Shown one piece after another: positions 39,493-48,393 of a stretch of DNA of 64,000 nucleotides. Position 1 is the stretch's first letter. Each line of letters begins with the position of its first letter. The notes beneath the pieces were generated by a model. That model did no database searches, had not been told where the DNA came from, and worked only from the letters and a program-made list of their open reading frames with translations. The stretch covers positions 8,758 through 72,757 of the forward strand of contig JAVHRK010000153.1 of the NCBI GenBank assembly GCA_036171615.1, given 5' to 3'. This stretch comes from Bacteriovoracaceae bacterium (GTDB lineage Bacteria; Bdellovibrionota; Bacteriovoracia; Bacteriovoracales; Bacteriovoracaceae). Both the position numbers and the translations under genes were made by a program.

Positions 39493-42400
39493 TTAATTCC
39501 TAATAAAATTTTCAACTTTTAGTGCATAATCTTTTAGCTCACCTGTGCTTGCTGGAATTTTAGCCAAAACATTAATTGCCTCGTCTTTTTTATCTGAAAG
39601 CTTAAGAGCAATTGCATAGTTTAATCCAATTTCAGGTAAAACCTGGCTTTCTTTCGGTAAGGCATTATATACAAGCAAGGCACTGGCAAATTCACCTTTT
39701 TGTAATTGAGAAGACGCTACTGCAGAATTAAATTCTATATCAGTAGGTACTTTTTTAAGAAGAGCATCAAAAATAGGTAAGGCCTTCCCTATAGCTCCAA
39801 AATGTAAATACAACTGAGCAACATTGTAAATACTATCAAGAGAAAATGAATTCATTTCAGTGGCCCTTTTAAAAGCAGCTAGAGCTTTTTGATATCGACC
39901 TTGTTTTTGGTAAACTACCCCAATATTATTAACGGGAGCATCAAATTTAGGATCAAGATCACGGGCTTTATTATAAAAAAGTGTTGCTTTAGCAAAATCA
40001 GATTTCAGATAATAACAACTCCCTACTTGATTCCAATAAACTGCGTTGTTTTTAAATTTTAAATAAATCTCATCAGCTTGTTTAAATGCTTCATCAAATT
40101 TATTTTCTAAACATTTAGAGGAAACATTAATTCCTGCAGATTTTTCATTGTCAGCATCCATAAGAACAGCTCCGCGGTTACTGTAATATTCAGGTGAAAA
40201 TGAGAAATTATTTTTAACAAGAAACCATGTATTATCTGAGGATAAAATACTTTCCTTCTCAATTCTTTTAATTGCAGTCTCTCTATAATCTTTTGCCTGA
40301 TTGGCAATTGGATCAGAAACTTTATTCATACTTGCTTTAAAAGATGTAACATAGGCTTCAGATTTCCCAGGTGGAACGAAGGCAACAATTTCATCATGTA
40401 TCGCTTCATGTGCCGTAACAATTAATTTATATGCACGAACAATTCCAATACCTGAACCCATTTCAGCAATCGAAATTGCTTCTGATGTTAATTGATCTAA
40501 TTTAATTAATTTATTTTTTAAATTTTTGTTGTATTCTGCCTCTGGAAATTCAAGTTTAATCGCCGCAAGTTCTTTAATCTTTTCTTCCACAGAAGCAAGA
40601 CGTATATAAGAGATAGCATCTAAGGCTTCAAGAGGTATGGCAGACTTCTGTTTTACACTTACTTCATAATAGCTCATCATTTTTGCCTGGACTTTTTTTA
40701 CATCATCAAGACGTCCCATACTTTCAAGTTCATTCGCGAGTAACGACGATGGATAAATTAAATTTGGCCAAATATTTTTAGCAGACTCTAATGCTTTAAT
40801 TACCTCACTATATGAACCCCATTTATTTGAAGCAGCTAATTCATTAAGATGATCTAGTTGTCCGGCCAAAATTATCTCTGAAGGAATTCCGCATTTCGCG
40901 CCTTTATTAAGTAAGGCCTTACTTTTATCAAATTCTTTTTCCGCGAGATATATAACATTAGCATTCTTAAAAAATACTTTCTTATTAGGTGATGAAGTTG
41001 AGCACACTTTATCGAAATTCTTTTCACTAAGTGCAGCTGAGACTGCAAATTGTCTACGTTGAAATAAATCGGTAGAAAACAAAATAAAATCTTTTTCAAA
41101 ACGCATAATATCGTTAGCGGACATCAGATTTGAAGCACGGTCGGCCCAAACGTACATTTCTTTAAAATCACCTGTTTGATAATTTAAAACAGCAATATTA
41201 TAAGCCGCCATTTTTTTAGATTCTACGTCTGAATCAGGGGATTGGAATATTTGCATATATCCATCGAGGGCACCTTTTTTATCACCCTTGGTGTTTGCGG
41301 ACTCAACTTTTTCAAACTGCATGCCCATGACAAGTGCTTTTACCTTTGATGCATATTCTGGTGAAACTTTAAACTCATTAGAATCAACTTTTTTTGCCCA
41401 GGCAAATAAGCTTGCTTTGTCGCCTTGAGCTTTATAATAATCCATAACTTGAGCTAGCATTTTTTCCTGAGTTTCATTTTCATTAGGAAATGCCGTTTTG
41501 TAATTCATTAAAACTTTTTCTGCATCAGCAATTTGTTTTTTTTCCATTTGAGCAGAAAATAATCTTTGATAAACAGCATTTGATTTTTCTGATTTAGGAT
41601 TTACTGCTAAGTAACCTTCATATGCCGGTATCATGTACTTCTGAGAAGTTTCTTTTTTAACATTTTTCCCCAAAGAAACTAACAATGATGTCCCTGCTAA
41701 ACTTTCCGTTTTCTTATCATTATTTTTTTGTGAAAGTTTAATTGCCTCAGCATAGTAAGGAATTGCTTCGTCAAATTTCCCCATAGAGAAAAGCGTTTCA
41801 CCTGCATGAAAATAAGAAATCTGAGATAAGATTGGATCTAATTTGGCCTCAATCATAAAATATTCATTTGCCGCCGCAGCTTTTTTTGCTTCAGTGTCTG
41901 GTAAATGTGTGTAGGTTTTTTTAACAACTTGTTGTTGAAAATGAGCAGACATTTTTTTTGTATTAAATCTTAAAATATCTACTTGTTCAGCGGTTAGCAG
42001 TCCTTTTTCAAAATATTTTGCGAGTGTTCGGCAAGCATCAAGATGTTTGTCATCACGACCAAATTTTTCATAAAGACCTAAAAGTTCTAGATTAAGTTCA
42101 ATTTCTTCTTTATCTATTTGCTTGTTTTGCAATCCTTCATTTAGAGTTTTTTCTGCAGATGAGAATTTTCCTTGCAGCTTAAGATATCTTCCAACCTTCA
42201 GCATTACATCAGCAACACTTTTTCCATTTTTTTTATAAAATGCAACAGCATCTTGAGGTCGTCCGGCCTCAGTAAAAAAAAGAGCTATATCCCTTTCAAC
42301 ACTTTTTGACATATCAATATATTTGGCATTTTTAGATAATTCATAAGTCTCATTCATTGTACTAATGGCCTTATCCAACTTCCCAACCTTGTAATAACAC

Positions 42401-43014
42401 CAGGCTAAATTAAAGGCATCCTTAGTCCACCATTTATCTCGTTTAGTTTTAAGTGACGATTCATAATAATTAAGTGACTTATCAAAAGATCCTTTATTAA
42501 AATATATTTCCGCTAAAGCAATTTTTGATTTATCTGCGACAAGTGTATCTCCACGTGATTCACTTAGTACTTTTTGAAAATATTTCTGTGACTGCTCCTC
42601 TTGCTTTAATTCTTTCGCATTATAGGCAAGAATATAATATGCATCGGCCTTCTCTTCAAAGTTACTAAATTTTTTAAAAAGGACAACTACTGTTTTTTGT
42701 GCTTGATCAAAGTAACGTCTTGATTCTTTAAACTGTTCATCTTTATTTAATTTTAAACGTTCTGTAGGTGGAATTTCTAAATACTTTTGATTCTCAAAAT
42801 CTTTTAAGAGTCGACCTTTTTCTAATAAGACTTGTGCCATTCTCAGCATTAAGTCTGGACGATTCCCTTTTGTTTGTTTATTTAAACGAGTAACTTCTTT
42901 TAGCTCTTCATCTAAGATTCTAATAAGCTCAGCTCGTCTTTGTTCAACATCTGCAATTGCAAACTGTAAGGGAATAAAACTTAAAATTAAAAAAATTAGT
43001 AAAATATTTTTCAT
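39493..43014 (-). CDS. gltD: Large exported TPR protein, GltD/AgmU-like, possibly fused to a GltE-like TPR module
   Basis: Signal peptide, many TPR helices (AYYILAY, FNLAWCYY, YNIAVLNY), extra C-terminal TPR block; position in a glt-like operon. Confidence 0.6.
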   Translation of the reverse strand: MKNILLIFLILSFIPLQFAIADVEQRRAELIRILDEELKEVTRLNKQTKGNRPDLMLRMAQVLLEKGRLLKDFENQKYLEIPPTERLKLNKDEQFKESRRYFDQAQKTVVVLFKKFSNFEEKADAYYILAYNAKELKQEEQSQKYFQKVLSESRGDTLVADKSKIALAEIYFNKGSFDKSLNYYESSLKTKRDKWWTKDAFNLAWCYYKVGKLDKAISTMNETYELSKNAKYIDMSKSVERDIALFFTEAGRPQDAVAFYKKNGKSVADVMLKVGRYLKLQGKFSSAEKTLNEGLQNKQIDKEEIELNLELLGLYEKFGRDDKHLDACRTLAKYFEKGLLTAEQVDILRFNTKKMSAHFQQQVVKKTYTHLPDTEAKKAAAANEYFMIEAKLDPILSQISYFHAGETLFSMGKFDEAIPYYAEAIKLSQKNNDKKTESLAGTSLLVSLGKNVKKETSQKYMIPAYEGYLAVNPKSEKSNAVYQRLFSAQMEKKQIADAEKVLMNYKTAFPNENETQEKMLAQVMDYYKAQGDKASLFAWAKKVDSNEFKVSPEYASKVKALVMGMQFEKVESANTKGDKKGALDGYMQIFQSPDSDVESKKMAAYNIAVLNYQTGDFKEMYVWADRASNLMSANDIMRFEKDFILFSTDLFQRRQFAVSAALSEKNFDKVCSTSSPNKKVFFKNANVIYLAEKEFDKSKALLNKGAKCGIPSEIILAGQLDHLNELAASNKWGSYSEVIKALESAKNIWPNLIYPSSLLANELESMGRLDDVKKVQAKMMSYYEVSVKQKSAIPLEALDAISYIRLASVEEKIKELAAIKLEFPEAEYNKNLKNKLIKLDQLTSEAISIAEMGSGIGIVRAYKLIVTAHEAIHDEIVAFVPPGKSEAYVTSFKASMNKVSDPIANQAKDYRETAIKRIEKESILSSDNTWFLVKNNFSFSPEYYSNRGAVLMDADNEKSAGINVSSKCLENKFDEAFKQADEIYLKFKNNAVYWNQVGSCYYLKSDFAKATLFYNKARDLDPKFDAPVNNIGVVYQKQGRYQKALAAFKRATEMNSFSLDSIYNVAQLYLHFGAIGKALPIFDALLKKVPTDIEFNSAVASSQLQKGEFASALLVYNALPKESQVLPEIGLNYAIALKLSDKKDEAINVLAKIPASTGELKDYALKVENFIRN

Positions 43015-43016
43015 AG

Positions 43017-44432
43017 TTATTTACATTCTGTACGAAGAGCAAAGACATAGTCTCCTAACTCATCGGCCCAAAATTCTCCCTTGAAATTCCAAAAATATTG
43101 TTTATCTGTTCTTTTAACGTACATAAAATCACCACGGGCCCTCTCGCCTCGTAGAGAGACCTGTTCGTACAACTCTGTCTTTCGTTTTGATAATATCTCT
43201 AATTTAATATAACTCATATCCTCAAAAGCCTTTACCATTTGAGCTGAAAATAAATGCAATTGTCCTCTGATATACCCACCAATTAAATCCCGTTGCAAAG
43301 TGAGAGAATCTTTTAAGTTTTCATTTAAGGCCGACTTAAATCTAGAATTTGACATTGAGTTTAGTTTTTCAATTTCTAAATGTGCACCGTTATATGAAGA
43401 TAATAACTCTCTATACGTAGAGTCTTTAGCGATTGATGACAAAGCGATCCCAAGAAGAGGTCCCCCTCGTTGTTTACCTTCACTATGGTCTTTCATCAGT
43501 TGGTAAAACTGTGAATAATCTTTTCCATAAGCATTAATACTTTTTGAAAAATTATCATTGTCTATTTCAAACTTATTATAAAAATCTTCTACTACTTTTT
43601 TCGAATCATCCCAAAGGCAAAGCTCCATAAACGACAGCGCCTTTAGCACTTCTATTTCAGGGTTAAAGATATAGTGAAAAACTGGCGCTTTATAGGTAAC
43701 CAGTTTTCCCAAAGTTCTATTAAAGTCTTTGAGATAAAAACTATTCCAAGCTTCTTCAAATAGGATTTCAGGCCAAATACTAGATGATTTTTGCAAATCT
43801 AAATATGAAGAATTTGCAGCTTCGTACTTTTTCATAGCAAACTCAGTCCTTGCTATACCAACAATACAATAATCACGATTTATTTTTAATTGCCATAATC
43901 TTTCAGATTCTTTGGTATGACGAATAAGTGAGTTACTTACATCAATACACTCTTTAAAGTTTTCAATCGCTCCATCGCTTTTATTAGTAATAGAAAAAAT
44001 ACTGGCCTTAAGTAAAAGCGAAAAAGGTTTTACTATGTTGGAATCATCAATACGTTTTACTAAATACTTTAGGGCATCATCGTATTTTCCCTGCCTAAAG
44101 GCCTTGCGTGCCAAAATATAGCGGATAGTGGGAGCATTTGATTTTTCTAAAATATTTGCTGGAAGAACTTCAAATTGCTTAACTCCAACTTCTGAAATTA
44201 ACTGATCTAAAATTATATCAATTGCAGCATCATTCGATCTTGATGTAGTTGATAGGTATTCTTTTAAAAAAGGGATTGCACTAAAATACATTTTTGCATC
44301 TATTAATTCTGATACAAGTTGGGGATATTTATTTCTATCACCAGATTGATAAATCCTATCGGCAACATTATATGAAGCATAAGACTTGATAGAGATACTC
44401 ACAAAAAGAAGACTACATATTATCTGTTTCAC
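43017..44432 (-). CDS. gltC: GltC-like TPR gliding-motility protein
   Basis: WPEILFEEAW...TLGKLVT...PE...LKAL and C-terminal YFWNFKGEFWADELGDY...C. Confidence 0.7.
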   Translation of the reverse strand: MKQIICSLLFVSISIKSYASYNVADRIYQSGDRNKYPQLVSELIDAKMYFSAIPFLKEYLSTTSRSNDAAIDIILDQLISEVGVKQFEVLPANILEKSNAPTIRYILARKAFRQGKYDDALKYLVKRIDDSNIVKPFSLLLKASIFSITNKSDGAIENFKECIDVSNSLIRHTKESERLWQLKINRDYCIVGIARTEFAMKKYEAANSSYLDLQKSSSIWPEILFEEAWNSFYLKDFNRTLGKLVTYKAPVFHYIFNPEIEVLKALSFMELCLWDDSKKVVEDFYNKFEIDNDNFSKSINAYGKDYSQFYQLMKDHSEGKQRGGPLLGIALSSIAKDSTYRELLSSYNGAHLEIEKLNSMSNSRFKSALNENLKDSLTLQRDLIGGYIRGQLHLFSAQMVKAFEDMSYIKLEILSKRKTELYEQVSLRGERARGDFMYVKRTDKQYFWNFKGEFWADELGDYVFALRTECK

Positions 44433-44446
44433 AGCGAGCTCCTTCT

Positions 44447-45151
44447 TTAAAATGAATAACCAAGAGCAATTGTTGCATCAAAGTTTGAATTAATGGCAGT
44501 ACCAACTGAATTCACTTTCGTGGCACTATAATGAATGGCCGTTAAATCAGTTCTAATACTGAATGATTCATCAATATAAAATTTCATGGCCACGTCCCAA
44601 ACTAAACCAGCATGTGAGAGAGCGGTCTGAGTTGTATCATTTGATCCACTCGGTAATTCCAATTGATTATTATGTTCTTTTAACTGGGCATAGCCCAAGC
44701 CGAATATCCAATCCATATAAACAATTTTATTAAATGTATTAATTTTACTATAAAAGGGAGACCAAAGAACCATGGCTCCCATATAACTATCTACTATTCG
44801 TCGAAATGGTTTTGAACCTGCTCCGCCCGGATTTCTAACTCCTAAAGCTGTATCATTTTCTTTACCTGAATTCTTAGAATAAATTCCTTCTAATCCAAAA
44901 TCTTCTGTAACAAAATAGCCAATTCTTCCTTGTAGTGCAGTCGCATCTACAAAAGCACCAGAAGTAGTAATCCCTCCACCAAGATTCACATAAAGATGGT
45001 TATCTTTTCTAAATTTTCTATTTTGTAAAACATAGACTTCTTTGTCTGGATCAAGCCACAAGAATTCATAGATATCTTTTTCGCTTGCCAAAATAATTGG
45101 TGTATAGAGAAAAGAGAGACAAAGTAAAAAATTTAGTAATTTTGAATTCAT
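44447..45151 (-). CDS. Outer-membrane beta-barrel protein of the GltA/GltB/GltH type
   Basis: VYVLQNRKFRK start, alternating beta strands, WSPFYSKIN and terminal aromatic GYSF; start moved to ATG 45151. Confidence 0.72.
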   Translation of the reverse strand: MNSKLLNFLLCLSFLYTPIILASEKDIYEFLWLDPDKEVYVLQNRKFRKDNHLYVNLGGGITTSGAFVDATALQGRIGYFVTEDFGLEGIYSKNSGKENDTALGVRNPGGAGSKPFRRIVDSYMGAMVLWSPFYSKINTFNKIVYMDWIFGLGYAQLKEHNNQLELPSGSNDTTQTALSHAGLVWDVAMKFYIDESFSIRTDLTAIHYSATKVNSVGTAINSNFDATIALGYSF

Positions 45152-45164
45152 ACACATCCTGTAT
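45152..45164 (-). promoter_or_regulatory. CsrA-type GGA-loop hairpin over the RBS of the first glt gene
   Basis: mRNA AUACA-GGA-UGUGU contains CAGGAUG and lies directly before the ATG. Confidence 0.45.
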
Positions 45165-45210
45165 ATTATTATTAATATAATTATTTTAGCATAGACCGGG
45201 GTTACCGCAA

Positions 45211-48200
45211 CTAAGGATGAGATTTTTTACAGATAGTGGAGTATTCACATACAGAACAATGGGCAAGATTTACTTGATAAAGAGACTCTGTCTTTTTCCA
45301 AATAAGATATAGCTCTCTCGAAATTTCAGATAATGATAATTCTTTTGCAATATTAATTTTTTCATCAATATAAATTAAACTAAGTTTGATTTTTTGTTCT
45401 TGATCTAAGGGGTAAATTTTTCCTATGCCATAAGCATAACACATGAGCTGAAACCAATAACCATCCTCATTTTCCAGTCTTCTTTGTCCTGTTTTAAAAT
45501 CCCATACAACAAGTTGATTATCTTTACCTAAGAAGAAAATATCTGGAGTACCTGAAATCATATTATTAAAAAATGAAAACTTTATTGCCTCTTCACTTAT
45601 TGCTCTAAAATCAACCAAGGGCCTGGCCAATTCTAACACCCAATCTATTATTTCGTTTAGCTCAAGGGAAATTGCTTCTTGAAATAATTCCTTCTTAAAC
45701 ACTTTAGAGAGAATTAAGTGAATTGCTGTACCTCTGGCCTTTGAAGAAAAAAAAGATTCTGCCTCTTCTTCCGTATCAGATGATTCAAAAAACTTTTCAT
45801 CAATATTTATTTTACAAATATTTTTCAGATAAAATTTAAAGGGGCATTCGGCCAGTGTTGCCAATCTGGTTACTGATAATTCCGATGTAATTCCTGTAGA
45901 AATAGGCAGTTTATTAACAGCAATCCCTAATGAATCTTTTTGTATAAAGCTGATTTTGTTCTGATGAATATTTTGATGGAATCTCAACTGAGTCTGAATT
46001 GTATTTACTTCAGCTAGTCTTAGGGCCTTGATCCAACTATTTTGATCACTCATCAGCTCTTTACCATAATGGCGTAAATCTACCCAGCAAAGCTTTTCAA
46101 TGGCCCTTGTACAAGCAACATACAAAAGCCTCTTACTTTCAGAAAAGTTTTTTTGTTTAAGAATTTCAGACTCAAGATAATAGTTTGGTGACTTATAAAA
46201 CTTATTTTGATCAAATGATTTTTTCCAGCGGAAACTTTTTGGCATTTTTCCGACTTTAGCTTTCATTCCCTGATAGCTTCCATTGGTATGAACCCCGCCC
46301 AATAAAACTGCATCGAATTCTAATCCTTTTGAAGCATGAGCTGTCATTAATATTATTCTCTTCTCTTTTTTTCCTGAGACTAATTCAGTTGAATAACCAT
46401 CATCATTTTCTTTAAGTATATGATAAATTTGTAGATAATTATTATTACCAATTTCACAAATAGATTTAAGCAAATTAAAATTCTGATCAAAGAAGGAATT
46501 ACTCAATCCTGACGATAGGAAAAGCTTTATAAACGAATTCATAATTCCCATCAACTTAGAATTTTCAATAAAGATCATAATTTCTGATTGATCAAAATCT
46601 TTAATCCCAATAATATTGCACAAAGCTTTTAACTTGAAAAAACTAGAACTACTCTTTATGGGATCTGAAATATTTAATACACTTTCTATTAAATATTTAA
46701 ACATAGAAAGAAGAGGGTCATCTTGATATGAAATTTTAATTTGCGCATTAAACGAGATTTCTTTTTCTTTTAAAAGATCAATTAAGTAATAGCTTGGCTT
46801 AAGCTTACGATAGAGAACACAGATACTCTCAATTGAGTCATCAGATACTAATTTTTCAATTTCAAAGGCCAACGCCTTAGCTTCATATTGGTCAAGATCT
46901 GCATTTTCATCTTCCACTTCGATACAAATAGAATAAACATCGCCTTTTTGAAGTCCGTTAGTCTCTGGAACAAGCTGTGCTTCCATTTCTGTATGATGTG
47001 GATCCAAGTCTTCATATTTAAAACCCAAAGGAAAGATTTTAGCAAAAAATCTATTATTGAATTCAATTATGTTTTGACCAGACCTATAATTAGATAATAA
47101 AGATAAATTTCCATCCACACTCATCATACGTTCACAATCATGAAAGACTTGCAATTCACCACCACGAAACCCGTAGATAGCTTGCTTTCGATCGCCTACA
47201 ACATATAATTTTTTAAGGTCACCACCAATGAGTTTTTTTAAAATATCAAACTGTATAAACGAAGTATCCTGAAATTCATCAACAATAAAGTACGTATAGG
47301 CCTGGTGAATCTTGGATAAAGCTTCTTGTTGCTTTAAACCTTTATGAACATAATATTCTAAATCTGAATATGAAAATCCAGAAAGACTTTGATAGTTGAG
47401 ATTTATATAATTAAAGACACTTTGAAGAGTTTGGGACCAATCTTTATATGCAGTAGTATTTTCATCTAGCGCCAATAAATCTTCCCCCCAATCTTTTATA
47501 TCTCCATGAAGCGTTTTCATTTCATCTCTAAAGTTATTTTCTTCATAGTTCATGTCTTTTGAAGTTGGAGGAAAACGTCCTAATTCTTCAAAAAAACTCA
47601 TATACTTTTTATAATTTAAGGATGAAATTTTCCCATTACTGCTTGCAAGTTGAGAAAACCCTGCAATGGCCTGAAACCCTTTTTTAGTGCTCTTCTTTTT
47701 ATCACTATCAACTGCAAAATTAGCAGTAAATAATTGATCAAACGATCTTAGATCAATCCATTCGTTAAAAAATAGATCTAACTCTTCATTAATTTCAGCA
47801 AAATTCTGAGGAGACTCCCAAAGTATCCTTAATTCCGGCGATTGAAATATTTCTTCCATTGCAAGAAATAATTCATGAGTGTGAGCTAATACTTGCGGTG
47901 TAAAATTTCTATGATTAATTTCATACCATTGATCAAATAATCTTTTTATTTTGTGCCGTATTGTAAGCTTGTCAACAATATCCACTTCTAATGGGAATTC
48001 AGGCCAAAAGCCTGCACGTAAAAGATTGTGACATAATCCATGTATAGTTAATATTTTCAAGTAACTTAAATTCTTAAAGACAAGTTCCCAATAAGGCCTT
48101 TCATCTAAATAATCTTCATCGTCGATTAATTCTTCAACTTTATTCGTAAGTCGAATAGACATTTCCCCAGCTGCTTTCTTTGTAAACGTCATCAAAGTAA

Positions 48201-48393
48201 TGCTTGATAAAATATGCATCATCTTTTTCTGTAAAGCCTCAGTAGAATATTGCGGTCTAGTTTCTCTCAGCAGATAAATAATATGTTCAATAATGACAAA
48301 AGTTTTTCCCGAACCGGCACCTGCAGATAGTAAGACTCCACCCTTTTTAGTTATTGCGGTTGCCTGTTCTATGTTGGGCGTTCTTGCACTCAA
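45211..48393 (-). CDS. addA: UvrD-family helicase-nuclease, AddA-like
   Basis: SAGAGSGKT, TFTKKAAGEM, VDEFQDTS, VGDRKQAIYGFRG, MTAHASKGLEF, YVACTRA and C-terminal nuclease PD...DFKTG. Confidence 0.85.
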   Translation of the reverse strand: MSARTPNIEQATAITKKGGVLLSAGAGSGKTFVIIEHIIYLLRETRPQYSTEALQKKMMHILSSITLMTFTKKAAGEMSIRLTNKVEELIDDEDYLDERPYWELVFKNLSYLKILTIHGLCHNLLRAGFWPEFPLEVDIVDKLTIRHKIKRLFDQWYEINHRNFTPQVLAHTHELFLAMEEIFQSPELRILWESPQNFAEINEELDLFFNEWIDLRSFDQLFTANFAVDSDKKKSTKKGFQAIAGFSQLASSNGKISSLNYKKYMSFFEELGRFPPTSKDMNYEENNFRDEMKTLHGDIKDWGEDLLALDENTTAYKDWSQTLQSVFNYINLNYQSLSGFSYSDLEYYVHKGLKQQEALSKIHQAYTYFIVDEFQDTSFIQFDILKKLIGGDLKKLYVVGDRKQAIYGFRGGELQVFHDCERMMSVDGNLSLLSNYRSGQNIIEFNNRFFAKIFPLGFKYEDLDPHHTEMEAQLVPETNGLQKGDVYSICIEVEDENADLDQYEAKALAFEIEKLVSDDSIESICVLYRKLKPSYYLIDLLKEKEISFNAQIKISYQDDPLLSMFKYLIESVLNISDPIKSSSSFFKLKALCNIIGIKDFDQSEIMIFIENSKLMGIMNSFIKLFLSSGLSNSFFDQNFNLLKSICEIGNNNYLQIYHILKENDDGYSTELVSGKKEKRIILMTAHASKGLEFDAVLLGGVHTNGSYQGMKAKVGKMPKSFRWKKSFDQNKFYKSPNYYLESEILKQKNFSESKRLLYVACTRAIEKLCWVDLRHYGKELMSDQNSWIKALRLAEVNTIQTQLRFHQNIHQNKISFIQKDSLGIAVNKLPISTGITSELSVTRLATLAECPFKFYLKNICKINIDEKFFESSDTEEEAESFFSSKARGTAIHLILSKVFKKELFQEAISLELNEIIDWVLELARPLVDFRAISEEAIKFSFFNNMISGTPDIFFLGKDNQLVVWDFKTGQRRLENEDGYWFQLMCYAYGIGKIYPLDQEQKIKLSLIYIDEKINIAKELSLSEISRELYLIWKKTESLYQVNLAHCSVCEYSTICKKSHP

